Positions 25,982-35,082 of a stretch of DNA of 64,000 nucleotides are shown here, piece by piece. Positions within the stretch are counted from its first letter, which is position 1; the number at the start of each line of letters is the position of its first letter. The stretch is from a phage. The notes under the pieces were generated by a model. The model saw only the letters and a program-made list of their open reading frames with translations, did not search any database and was not told the origin of the DNA. The stretch lies in sequence record PZ445443.1; one strand, written 5' to 3'. Position numbers and translations under genes: made by a program.

Positions 25982-26401
25982 ATGAATATTAAATCTGATA
26001 ATCCGGCATATAGCTTTGATAACGCTTTTTGTCACGGTCCGGCGGCGAAAGGTTTTGAAATTGATGGTAAACTAGTTATTGTCAATGTTGACGGGGAAGA
26101 GGTTGCAGTGTATCCGGTGGCAGACGTTAAAAGCCGTTTACAATGCCGCATCGATGTTACCGCATATCAGCTTGATCCGGTCCGCGTAGTCTCCCTGGTC
26201 CTGGAGGAAGAAATCAAAGCAATGCACCACAGCAATAAGTTTATCGGTGACGCGCAAGATAATATGAAGGTATGCCGCTATAAAGTTAATGAAGTGCTTA
26301 AAGAATATGGATTTAAGGATCTGATGATCAAACGTGATGAAAAATTTCGTTATCGTAACGACCTGGCAAATCGAATCTATGAAATATACGAATCATTATA
26401 A
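25982..26401 (+). CDS. hypothetical protein
   Basis: ATG after TAAGAGGTAAA RBS; last gene of forward block. Confidence 0.55.
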   Translation: MNIKSDNPAYSFDNAFCHGPAAKGFEIDGKLVIVNVDGEEVAVYPVADVKSRLQCRIDVTAYQLDPVRVVSLVLEEEIKAMHHSNKFIGDAQDNMKVCRYKVNEVLKEYGFKDLMIKRDEKFRYRNDLANRIYEIYESL

Positions 26402-26420
26402 TTTTTTAACTGAATTATCA

Positions 26421-26444
26421 AGGGGCTTAGGCCCCTTTCTTTTT
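26421..26444 (+). terminator. rho-independent terminator
   Basis: AGGGGC-TTAG-GCCCCT hairpin followed by TTCTTTTT. Confidence 0.7.
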
Positions 26445-27052
26445 GTCTGCTCTTCCCCTACCATAAACGGCCATACATGGCAAGTGGAATAATTGACGAG
26501 CCATCAATCCCACACACTGTACAAATATACATGTAAAATAACTATTGCATAACTTTTCATTGTGTGGTAGCAGGGCCATTTTTACACGTTTTTCCTTCCA
26601 AAATTGCACGTAATGCAGCATTTGCACAAAATTTAACCTGATGCATATCTTCAATAGCTTGTCAACAACTAAAAATCTTTATAAGTCATACACTTACATA
26701 ACTACAAAAGCGTTTTCTACGTGAAAAATCGAGTATAACTATAGCCGCCAGACCTCAGAATTTACGTACGCTCGACATTCTATAGCCTGCTAAGCATTTA
26801 TTCCAACCATAGAATAACGGAATAGTCAATACCTGCATAAAATAATTATTCGTGTAAACTGCATAACATAAATCGGCCCAGGTGTCAACATTTTTCGTAA
26901 ACAGTCCGAAATTATCACTATGAGTTATCATAAACAGGGAAATCTTTAGTCGTCTAATGTTTACTGTACATTACTATACTGACTGGAATCATTAGATGAC
27001 TAAGAGAAAGATAAGAAATAATTAACAATACAATTATTTTATCTGTAACAAT

Positions 27053-27322
27053 AAGGCAACTATGCAAACGAATGGCATGGCGCGACGGAGTCGCGACATA
27101 ATATAAAAGCAGTAACCATCACCCCCGTGATAGTTTGTCTGCAAACTATTAATCAGATCATAGTTGCCTTGTATTTAGTTAATCATGACATAACAAGCAA
27201 GGCAACTATAGATCTGCTAATAGTTGCCCTGCTTTTATATTATGTCATAGAAACACCCGAAGGGGTGACCAAAGGTCACCTGGCATGGCCAGTGAAAGAT
27301 TATTAACTTGCTAATAGTTATC
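27053..27322. repeat. array of 11 bp motif AAGGCAACTAT in both orientations (about 5 copies)
   Basis: AAGGCAACTAT at 27053 and 27199; reverse complement ATAGTTGCCTT at 27160; close variants at 27220 and 27314; flanked by duplicated GCAAACGAATGGCATGGC (27064, 27325). Confidence 0.6.
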
Positions 27323-27354
27323 ATGCAAACGAATGGCATGGCTGATTATCGGTG

Positions 27355-27440
27355 TGTAAACAGTCAATCATGTAAATGGTTAGCATGTGAACAATCAGGA
27401 ATGTAAACAATCCAGTGTGTAAACTAATAGGTGTGTAAAA
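27355..27440. repeat. six phased TGTAAAC-like repeats at about 16 bp spacing
   Basis: TGTAAAC 27355, TGTAAAT 27371, TGTGAAC 27386, TGTAAAC 27402, TGTAAAC 27418, TGTAAAA 27434. Confidence 0.6.
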
Positions 27441-28029
27441 GTGTCATGTTGTGTCAGTTAGGTCACATTATGTCATATTGTGTCAGACAAGTTTTTCTCC
27501 TCTTTGTCAAGTGCTGCATGAAAAATTTACAATCTGGTATGGTAGCATTTTTGCGGCCCTGTTTACATTCAGGGGTGTATGTATAATCCTTGTTGTGTGG
27601 GCGTTTAGACGTCTGGACGGTCAGAAGTCTGCAGGTTAATATCTAATCTATTGGCTGCTAACTATATCCCACACAAATAGTAAGAAATATGATTGTTATA
27701 TGCGTAAACTGTAACTCATGTTATCAATCCCTGTATGTATCGCCAGTGGTGCGCATAATGGGTATTATGTTAAATTGCCCGTAATGATAAAGGTTCTCAC
27801 AATGATAGGTATTCTCATTCACCCCCACAAAATAGATTGCAAATGTTGTGCCACTGTGTGAACGGCCTAGCCTATTAATTTGCCTCACTGCCTCGATATT
27901 TGAGAATTGTTATAAGAATGAGAAGTATTCCCATTTCGTCCGCCTGGCAGCACTCCTGTAGGTCAGGTCAAAATCGTGGTAGAACTGGACCTGTTCAGAT
28001 ATTTCTGGCTGACTCTTCAGGTCTGTGTG

Positions 28030-28555
28030 GGAAAAGCCAACCTCTCCGGCGGGGCAGGGGATAGGTCAATTAAAAAATTTACGTGGTGTATGAAGCGCTC
28101 TTCAGGTAAGGCAGGTATTATGGGATGAAACCCTCTTCAGGCAATGATATTTGTGGGTGTGATATTTGCTGGAAAGCCAGATATGACGGGACTCCCGGCG
28201 GGGCAGGGGTGGTACAGACAGGGAAAATATGAAGGATGTGGTTGGGTAGATTGATCAGACAGGTAGAGTATGGAATATGTTACAAGTATGTTAAATATGG
28301 AGGTTGAATATCTGTAGGATTTGTGTGTAAAATCAAAGACTTAAGTGGTGTTGTGGTATTTTCTATAAATAATTCAAGTTTAATAGGTGATATTTGTCTC
28401 TATCCGCTTTGTGTGGTAAACAGATTCAGATGAGATTGGTTTACAAGTGTATACATAATATACAAATTAAAGATACAAGAAACCCCCCTCCCCCTTCGGC
28501 TACCATTCACCTTTTCCTCTGACTGGTACTTAAACACTTATTCAGACTCTTCAGG
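28030..28555. repeat. dispersed direct repeats CTCTTCAGG (x4) and CCGGCGGGGCAGGGG (x2)
   Basis: CTCTTCAGG at 28030, 28115, 28150, 28547; CCGGCGGGGCAGGGG at 28063 and 28212, each preceded by AAAGCCA. Confidence 0.55.
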
Positions 28556-28905
28556 TTATCACCTATATATCATATGGCAGTGACTGGTGTCCTCCGGCCC
28601 CTCTTTCGTCACCCGTCCGCTTCGCCATGCTAATGCCATAGCCAATGGTTCGGTTGTTCACCCTGTTCACTCAGGTGTATCTCCATACCCCTTCAAACCG
28701 AAGAGAACAGAAAACCCGAATTACTCGGTAAAAGAAAAGAGAAGAACTTAATTTTATCAGGATAGGCAAGAATGTCAAGGCATGACTGCTCACTAAACAA
28801 GCAAACAGTCATGTGTGGGAGGTAAGTGATTGTGGTGGTAGGAAATTTAGTTGAAAGATGTGTTATAGGTGCTTCCAGCACTTTAGCCGGGCAGCTAATT
28901 GTGTG

Positions 28906-29121
28906 TCAGTCCAGCGGTTCATCCTCTACTTCACTGAAATCAATGTTCATGGTCTCCTCCCAACCATCGATCTCAGCACAAGAGTGGAGTTCTTTAGGGT
29001 TTACTCCCAAAGCCTCAGCAACAGAGTCTATATTTAACACCTCTGGCAGGTATGATTCATCAAATTCAAGGTAAATCAGGCCACGAGTGTTGTCAGCCCC
29101 ACCAAATATTTCTATCTTCAT
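28906..29121 (-). CDS. hypothetical small acidic protein (MKIEI-type N-terminus)
   Basis: ATG after AGGAGA RBS; last gene of reverse block. Confidence 0.5.
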   Translation of the reverse strand: MKIEIFGGADNTRGLIYLEFDESYLPEVLNIDSVAEALGVNPKELHSCAEIDGWEETMNIDFSEVEDEPLD

Positions 29122-29242
29122 GAAATCTCCTCTGGAAATGAGAGTGTGAACAGGGTTTTATGCGTTCCAATACGCTGGAATTATACACGTTTGCCTCTTC
29201 AGGCCATGCTTTAGCATGAGGAACCTGTGTGGGCTCGGTGCT

Positions 29243-29656
29243 TCATAGTCTACCACCTCTGAACTCTTCGTGCTCAGGCATAATAGAGAACCAGATATCT
29301 ACGATGTCTCCCCACGTTAGGTCATCAGCCTCAGGATCTACCTGGAGCGAAGATGGAGAATCTTCAGAATCGAAGTTTTCCTCTTTCACTGGCTCAGCCA
29401 AGGGACATATAGCCACTCCTTTGGATGTCTCTTCAGATGCATGTGTGTTTATCATGTTCCACCCGTGAGTATTCCGGCAACAGCCACTATGGACGTAATG
29501 ATCATCAGAATCACCACCAAAACCTCTGACAATGTTTTCATTGTGTATCCCATATTCTCCAAACGATGTGTGGATACTATCACTGGAGCGACAATGTGTC
29601 AACAGAAACGCCGCGAGGGTTTGGTTAAAATCCGAGCGTATGGTGATTTGGGTCAA
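29243..29656 (-). CDS. hypothetical protein (start uncertain)
   Basis: Co-oriented ORF; acidic C-terminal half; alternative ATG at 29455 would give 70 aa. Confidence 0.35.
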   Translation of the reverse strand: MTQITIRSDFNQTLAAFLLTHCRSSDSIHTSFGEYGIHNENIVRGFGGDSDDHYVHSGCCRNTHGWNMINTHASEETSKGVAICPLAEPVKEENFDSEDSPSSLQVDPEADDLTWGDIVDIWFSIMPEHEEFRGGRL

Positions 29657-29815
29657 AACGGACGTGCGTTCTCGCTACGCTCGAAATATAGAGTTGTTTG
29701 CAGGAAGCTCTTAAACGCTCTGTAATGAGATTAACTACCCAAGGTATGCAATCGTGCACCAGATAAAGAAAAGGACGCCACAGAGCGTCCTAGGTGTCTT
29801 AAATTTGATATTTTG

Positions 29816-30115
29816 CTATACCCACGAGGGCTTATCAAGATTGGAGTAGCTGAAAGGTGTCAAAAGGTGACTGTCAAAATCTCTCAAACTATCCAAATCT
29901 TTTTCCTCGTCCTGACACCATCTGTGCCTACATTTATTGTTGTAGTGCATGGAATGCATAGCGTTCTGCAACTTAACAGGCACAAGTGATTCAGGAGTAG
30001 ATAGTATTGTAGGGTATGCCAGAACCACCTCAAACAGTGGAAACACATCGAAACTAAAGTCTACCTCTGCAGAGGTTGATGGCATATAGGAGTATTTAGC
30101 CGCCTTTGTAGACAT
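29816..30115 (-). CDS. hypothetical protein
   Basis: ATG 30115 after GAGGTGG (track start GTG 30127). Confidence 0.45.
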   Translation of the reverse strand: MSTKAAKYSYMPSTSAEVDFSFDVFPLFEVVLAYPTILSTPESLVPVKLQNAMHSMHYNNKCRHRWCQDEEKDLDSLRDFDSHLLTPFSYSNLDKPSWV

Positions 30116-30123
30116 AATCCACC

Positions 30124-30450
30124 TCACACAGGTTTGATAATACCTTCACCGAATAACTCTTCATATCTAATCTTATCCGGATCCCACTCCTGGATAATTT
30201 CGAAGACAATATCCAACCCAGGAATAATCACTTCTCCAGTGTCAAGTTTGGCAAGAACAAAACCAGAAGGCTGAATGGTTTCCCAGTTGCGACGATTGGA
30301 ATAGAAGACCTCGAAAATATCACCGACCTTGATCTGTTGATCAAGATGTTCAAGATTCTCTTTCATATAGACGCAGCGGATTTTTCGTGCAGGCCATAGA
30401 CCACCTGCATCACGTTCATTTAGCTCTTTCACAGTGATTGGCATTCTCAT
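30124..30450 (-). CDS. hypothetical protein
   Basis: ATG 30450 after AAAGGAA RBS, downstream of terminator hairpin. Confidence 0.5.
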   Translation of the reverse strand: MRMPITVKELNERDAGGLWPARKIRCVYMKENLEHLDQQIKVGDIFEVFYSNRRNWETIQPSGFVLAKLDTGEVIIPGLDIVFEIIQEWDPDKIRYEELFGEGIIKPV

Positions 30451-30465
30451 AGCTGGTTCCTTTTG

Positions 30466-30496
30466 CAAATAGTGAAAGAGGGGCCGTAGCCCCTCT
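30466..30496 (-). terminator. putative intrinsic terminator (reverse strand)
   Basis: AGAGGGGC-TACG-GCCCCTCT hairpin followed on the reverse strand by TTTCACTATTT. Confidence 0.45.
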
Positions 30497-30502
30497 GCCA
30501 TA

Positions 30503-30808
30503 TTATTCTACAGAGCGTTTGAACAGAATGTCTGCCTCAGACATGTGCTCAACCTCTTCTTCAATCTTAGCGCGACGTTTTTCAGCTTCGTAGCGGATAT
30601 CAAACTCTGTAGCCACCAAAGATTTGATGAATTTAGGAGAATACAGATGATCCTGCTTCTCAACAAGAATGATATCCTTGATGGCATCTTTCAAATCTTT
30701 AATCTGAAGCTGGAGTTCCACCAGTTCTTCAATTGTTTTGCGAAGGCGATCACGTTCTGCAGTGTCAGAAGGAAGAGAGGTGAACAGTTCAACTTTAGAT
30801 TTAGCCAT
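30503..30808 (-). CDS. hypothetical coiled-coil protein
   Basis: ATG after AAGGAG RBS. Confidence 0.5.
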   Translation of the reverse strand: MAKSKVELFTSLPSDTAERDRLRKTIEELVELQLQIKDLKDAIKDIILVEKQDHLYSPKFIKSLVATEFDIRYEAEKRRAKIEEEVEHMSEADILFKRSVE

Positions 30809-30836
30809 AGTAAGAGTCTCCTTATGTTGTTTTAAA

Positions 30837-31088
30837 TTAACGTTCTACAAAAATACCGTTCAGTTCAATAACCAGGAATTTCTGGTCTTCACTATCGTCT
30901 CGTGCCAACACCTCACAGACGTATCGGTCATCCCCATCATCATCGCAGTCAAATACAAGACTGAGGACTTTATCATGATAAACCTTCGCCACTATCGCCT
31001 CGTAAGTATTGCCGATTGTGAATCCAAGATAATCTCCAATGCATTTGACAACAACATGATCGCCAGCATTCAAGTCAATCTTCGTCAT
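30837..31088 (-). CDS. hypothetical protein
   Basis: ATG 31088 after AAGGGG RBS. Confidence 0.45.
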   Translation of the reverse strand: MTKIDLNAGDHVVVKCIGDYLGFTIGNTYEAIVAKVYHDKVLSLVFDCDDDGDDRYVCEVLARDDSEDQKFLVIELNGIFVER

Positions 31089-31243
31089 TACTGCGCCCCT
31101 TGGGTAATAATACTGTATGTAAAACTTTAACCAGAGATGTGAATAACGCCCCAAAACACACCGATAGCGCTAAAACAGACAAGGCCATCATTAAAGCTTC
31201 AGTAAAATCAGTCACCCCTCACCTCTTGTTAGTCACTATACTG

Positions 31244-31507
31244 TCATTTATCCTTGCCGTCAAGAACTTTTTTAAATCTTTCAGGGATATCGCCTGTTCT
31301 TAGATAGCTCATGACCTCACAAGGTTCCCACTTAAATTTCTTACAAAGCAGGGCGGCTGAGATTGTTTCATTGCGAAAAGAAAGGATATTAATATCCCAT
31401 TCTGAGAACCCCAACTTCCGAAGGGTAGCTACAGAAATCCTCACCGCAACCCAGCAGCAAAAACATGCAACAAACGCCACTGCTATAACCCACATCAGGA
31501 TGTTCAT
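31244..31507 (-). CDS. putative membrane protein
   Basis: ATG after GAGGTG RBS; N-terminal hydrophobic WVIAVAFVACFCCWVAV. Confidence 0.5.
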   Translation of the reverse strand: MNILMWVIAVAFVACFCCWVAVRISVATLRKLGFSEWDINILSFRNETISAALLCKKFKWEPCEVMSYLRTGDIPERFKKVLDGKDK

Positions 31508-31596
31508 ACAAGCACCTCACTGAAATACAAGACACAGTGTTAAGGTTACTGACCAGCAAATAATTAACAGTGCCGTTGCAACCTTGGCAAGATTTA

Positions 31597-31884
31597 TCAT
31601 AGTGCCTCTAAGATTTCATATCCTTCGGGTCGGAATACAAGCCACTCCGTGGCTCCGTTTGGTCGATACGCTTTATACAGAACAACCTGATCTCGGCACA
31701 TGCACATAGCTACATAGTTTTCATCCACACCTGCAGCCTGCATTGCAGCTTCTTCTCCGGCAACTGCTTTGCTTACAACCTCCTTGGTAGGCAGGTGTGC
31801 GATCAGCTCGTCACCATCATTAATTCCAAAATGACTGAGTTCTCCATTGGTATCTTTAATCTTAATCTTAACCAGATCTTTCAT
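31597..31884 (-). CDS. hypothetical small protein
   Basis: Co-oriented ORF, ATGA overlap with upstream gene. Confidence 0.5.
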   Translation of the reverse strand: MKDLVKIKIKDTNGELSHFGINDGDELIAHLPTKEVVSKAVAGEEAAMQAAGVDENYVAMCMCRDQVVLYKAYRPNGATEWLVFRPEGYEILEAL

Positions 31885-32213
31885 TAGTCTTCCTCCAGGT
31901 TCAAAGGCCCTAAGATTTCATATGCCAGATTAGAAGTTACCAGAGGGTCTTCTGCATCTTTAGTATTGTACCACCCGTGAATAACCAGAGTCCCACTTTG
32001 TTTCATGTCCAACTGGAACTCTTCTGCCGTTTCCTCATCCAGCTCCAAGATTTCCATGAGGTATTTGATGTTAGGAAGGTATGCAGCTGTTACAGTTCCC
32101 TCCACCAAACCTTCGGGCCAACCTACATCCGGATGACAAGTAGGAACCAAGTTGGTCAACTTAATGGTGTACGCTTTTTCTGCACGAGCCTTCAGTAACG
32201 GGTCAATCTTCAT
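31884..32213 (-). CDS. hypothetical small acidic protein
   Basis: Co-oriented ORF, start/stop overlap with neighbours. Confidence 0.5.
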   Translation of the reverse strand: MKIDPLLKARAEKAYTIKLTNLVPTCHPDVGWPEGLVEGTVTAAYLPNIKYLMEILELDEETAEEFQLDMKQSGTLVIHGWYNTKDAEDPLVTSNLAYEILGPLNLEED

Positions 32214-32563
32214 TATTCGTCCTCCTCTTCGGTGCCTGCTTCCAGTAATAAGTTAAGAATATCTTCTGCACAAGGCTCATAGAACTCTTGGCCTTCATTA
32301 TCGATGATTTTGTAGTCATCTCCGCGAATAATCAGAGGATCACTCTCAAAATTATCGAGACCTTTAACAACGACAACACGATCGATTGCCATCATTGTAA
32401 GAACTTTATCGACATCTTCCTCTGCTACACCATACTGCAGCAGAATGTCTTTGGTAGGAGGAACAGCATCCACCACAACACCGTTACCAAAACCTTCCGG
32501 TAAGTTAGCTAAAATATCTTCCGGAACCACACTAACATCAAAACCAGTAATTTCTACTTTCAT
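32213..32563 (-). CDS. hypothetical small acidic protein (paralog family B)
   Basis: MKVEITG start, GFGNG motif, acidic C-terminus; similar to 32564 and 33985. Confidence 0.5.
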   Translation of the reverse strand: MKVEITGFDVSVVPEDILANLPEGFGNGVVVDAVPPTKDILLQYGVAEEDVDKVLTMMAIDRVVVVKGLDNFESDPLIIRGDDYKIIDNEGQEFYEPCAEDILNLLLEAGTEEEDE

Positions 32564-32824
32564 TTACAGCACCTCTTCGTCAACTACTTCATAAAAATGG
32601 CCTGGGATTGCAATAGCGTTCTCACCTTCACCTACAAACACAGTTCCGTCAAGAATCAACATCATAAGAGTTTCTGGAATATCCTCTTCCTGAACGTTGC
32701 CAAAACCTTTAATCAGCTCGTAGGTTGGAAGATTTACCTCTAAGATGTCACCATCTTTAGAGCGGAAATCAACACCATCCTGAATCTCTGCCATTTCAAG
32801 GTTTTTCAGTTTAATCTTCATCAA
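32564..32824 (-). CDS. hypothetical small acidic protein (paralog family B)
   Basis: MMKIKL start, GFGN motif, C-terminal FYEVVDEEV. Confidence 0.5.
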   Translation of the reverse strand: MMKIKLKNLEMAEIQDGVDFRSKDGDILEVNLPTYELIKGFGNVQEEDIPETLMMLILDGTVFVGEGENAIAIPGHFYEVVDEEVL

Positions 32825-32900
32825 TCAGTCTCCCGTCTTGTTAAGATGAAGGTATTATTTCACACAGGGTTGGTGTTGTCAACACCTGTGTGCAAGAAAA

Positions 32901-33293
32901 TTACTGAAACAGTGCGGATAAATTACCTTCTGGTGGGAACTTATCTGCCAAAAACGGTGTTAGCACAGTAGCCTTCTGAAGATCTGGGGTCCACTCGTTG
33001 TTCAGAACATCCCAGTAGTACGCAATGTTGCTGTGTGGGTGCCGCATTACGAACTTTTTCCCTTCGTAGTCATCTGAAACCTCTACAGAAGAAATGACAA
33101 CAGAATCTTCAAGTTCTTCATAGAAAGATCCGCCTTCAAATTTCCAACGAGATGCAAGAGCCCCTGCCTTGAACGCTGCAGATAACGGACTGTCGGCAAG
33201 AACATACATTTCTTGCACTCTGTCGCTGCGATCTTTGCTTCTTACGTTGTATACAGTATCTGAGCTATACTCAACACGGTATAGGCTTACCAT
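32901..33293 (-). CDS. hypothetical protein (paralog family C)
   Basis: Shares HP...YWxxxxxxWTP segment (VMRHPHSNIAYYWDVLNNEWTP) with 35100-35498. Confidence 0.5.
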   Translation of the reverse strand: MVSLYRVEYSSDTVYNVRSKDRSDRVQEMYVLADSPLSAAFKAGALASRWKFEGGSFYEELEDSVVISSVEVSDDYEGKKFVMRHPHSNIAYYWDVLNNEWTPDLQKATVLTPFLADKFPPEGNLSALFQ

Positions 33294-33652
33294 TACCGCA
33301 CCTCCTCAATAACTTCCACATCTGAACCCACCACAAATGCAAAAGGACAGGTTTCATGAAAGACATCCGGATCGCCGCCAAGCTTGCTAACAATTTCTCC
33401 ACCACTAATAAACACAAGCTCACCGATATTCATCAGATTGCTGAAATAGTATCCATAATGATTAAAGAATGCAGCAGGGTCAGGTAGACTAGTAGCCTCA
33501 AGCACTACATCGGTTGAGGTTACTTTCTTATCATAGCCTCTCGCCTTCTGAGATGCAAGATCTGCAGAATCCTCAGGCGACCGGAGATGCACAGGAATTG
33601 TTTCACCAATAAAGCGTACTTTCATATTATCACCCAACAACCATAGCTTCAA
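33293..33652 (-). CDS. hypothetical protein (paralog family A)
   Basis: Contains MKVRFIG and C-terminal FAFVVGSDVEVIEEV like 35511, 35755, 39410. Confidence 0.5.
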   Translation of the reverse strand: MKLWLLGDNMKVRFIGETIPVHLRSPEDSADLASQKARGYDKKVTSTDVVLEATSLPDPAAFFNHYGYYFSNLMNIGELVFISGGEIVSKLGGDPDVFHETCPFAFVVGSDVEVIEEVR

Positions 33653-33893
33653 AAGGGGTCATGAACGAATAAACGGCATCATCATCTGCTTCAGGGAATG
33701 CTCCCAAAGACTTCATGTCAGATCCCTTGACAAATACAAGGTTTTGATCAAAGGCTTCTTGGGGATCAATCCGATACATATTTCGTAGAATATCTCCTAC
33801 CTCCTCATCAAGAGGTGAGTATGCTGTGCACGTTTTTCCGATCAAGCTTTGAGAATCAGGGTATCCACCTGAAGTTTTAAAATAAACAATCAT
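33630..33893 (-). CDS. hypothetical protein (paralog family A)
   Basis: ATG after GAGGTG; LIGKTCTAY and VFVKGSD...AVYSF segments resemble family A. Confidence 0.5.
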   Translation of the reverse strand: MIVYFKTSGGYPDSQSLIGKTCTAYSPLDEEVGDILRNMYRIDPQEAFDQNLVFVKGSDMKSLGAFPEADDDAVYSFMTPFEAMVVG

Positions 33894-33984
33894 ATAGTAT
33901 CACCTCTGGTAAGAGATTGGGATTCCTTTCCCACAAATAATTACAAACCTTCCTTGTCGAGGAAGTATGCTAATCCAAGCAGGA

Positions 33985-34254
33985 TTATTCCTCTACAATC
34001 TCATACACATCCGGAGTTACAATCAACTCTTCTCCGTTACCCGGTGCAACAAACACCACCAAACCTTCAGGTGTGTGCTTTTTAGCCATCTCGATAACAT
34101 CTTCTCGCAGAGCTGGCTCCATCAGATCAAAACCTTCACCCAGGGCATCACGAACCACCTTCATATAGTCAACTGGTTGTGCTTCGACAATCATGCCTTC
34201 AACCAGTCCACAGTTTTTGTCTGCCAGCTCAGTTTTGAATAATTTAATTTTCAT
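33985..34254 (-). CDS. hypothetical small acidic protein (paralog family B)
   Basis: MKIKLF start, C-terminal VYEIVEE. Confidence 0.5.
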   Translation of the reverse strand: MKIKLFKTELADKNCGLVEGMIVEAQPVDYMKVVRDALGEGFDLMEPALREDVIEMAKKHTPEGLVVFVAPGNGEELIVTPDVYEIVEE

Positions 34255-34280
34255 TTAGAGGTCTCCTCAATTATTTGATA

Positions 34281-34382
34281 TTAATAGCCGTAACCTAACA
34301 CATTAACTACAACTGCGATTGCAAACATAATTTCAAAGCATGCAATCTCTACATTTGGGACTAATTTCTTAATCACGCCCAT
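34281..34382 (-). CDS. small hydrophobic peptide (33 aa)
   Basis: ATG after GAGGTG; MGVIKKLVPNVEIACFEIMFAIAVVVNVLGYGY; RBS overlaps the hpf stop. Confidence 0.3.
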   Translation of the reverse strand: MGVIKKLVPNVEIACFEIMFAIAVVVNVLGYGY

Positions 34383-34391
34383 TGTAGCACC

Positions 34392-34709
34392 TCATTCTCC
34401 AAAGTCAATCTTTACTTTGCCTTTCCCCTTACCTTTCTTTCCACCGCATTTAGCCAGCTGACGTGCTGCAACATCTACCATACGGTCAGTTGCCTCGTAA
34501 GCATCACTACCTTTAGCCTTGGCAATAACTTCTTTTCCAGAAGTGTCAAAAATGAACGCCATAACTTCCTGGTGATCATTTTCAACTTTTACACTTACAC
34601 GTGCATGATTTACAGAAGGATGTAGACGCTCCAGTTTTGACATTTTGTGGGAAATGAAAGACACCATGCCTTCGGTGATTTCTACGTTGCCAGTGATCTC
34701 AATTTGCAT
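34392..34709 (-). CDS. hpf: ribosome hibernation promoting factor / RaiA (YfiA) homologue
   Basis: MQIEITGNVEITEGM...KLE...VKVE...G.E.IAKAKGSDAYEATD...ARQL aligns along its length with E. coli HPF (MQLNITGNNVEITEAL...KLEQ...LKVEK...EGQDMYAAIDGLIDKLARQL); own promoter and RBS. Confidence 0.8.
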   Translation of the reverse strand: MQIEITGNVEITEGMVSFISHKMSKLERLHPSVNHARVSVKVENDHQEVMAFIFDTSGKEVIAKAKGSDAYEATDRMVDVAARQLAKCGGKKGKGKGKVKIDFGE

Positions 34710-34756
34710 AACGTGTTCCTTTTAAAGAAGAGGGAATAACTCTCTCTTTGAAAACA

Positions 34757-34785
34757 ATAATACTATAGCTGAAGCGTTGTGTCAA
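34757..34785 (-). promoter_or_regulatory. sigma70-like promoter for hpf (reverse strand)
   Basis: Reverse strand reads TTGACA, 17 bp spacer, TATTAT. Confidence 0.55.
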
Positions 34786-34791
34786 CAGTTT

Positions 34792-35082
34792 TTACAGATT
34801 GTTGTCGATAGTATTTAAAATATCCACAGCAAGATTTGCCATTTTTCGAACATACTCTGCAAACTCAACAGGATCCTTGATCAAAGAATTTACAGGGTCG
34901 TACCCTAGAGCGTTCAAAATGGCTGCAGCATCTACAACCTTTTCATCATTTGCAAAGATCTCTCCGTCAAACTTATAGGTCCATTTTGAGTCAATCTTGG
35001 CAGGGCATGGCTGGTCCATGCTTGTTACACCATCGTCTTTAACCTCTCCTGCGTTATCAATATTCAGAACTAAATCCATCAT
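34792..35082 (-). CDS. hypothetical protein
   Basis: Co-oriented ORF upstream of hpf promoter. Confidence 0.5.
   Translation of the reverse strand: MMDLVLNIDNAGEVKDDGVTSMDQPCPAKIDSKWTYKFDGEIFANDEKVVDAAAILNALGYDPVNSLIKDPVEFAEYVRKMANLAVDILNTIDNNL

Noticed and set aside
26427-28881. ORFs 26427-26654 (-), 27451-27639 (+), 28693-28881 (-), 28826-29074 (+) in the convergent non-coding region
   Set aside because: No RBS, odd amino-acid composition, and overlap with repeat arrays; none called as a gene.
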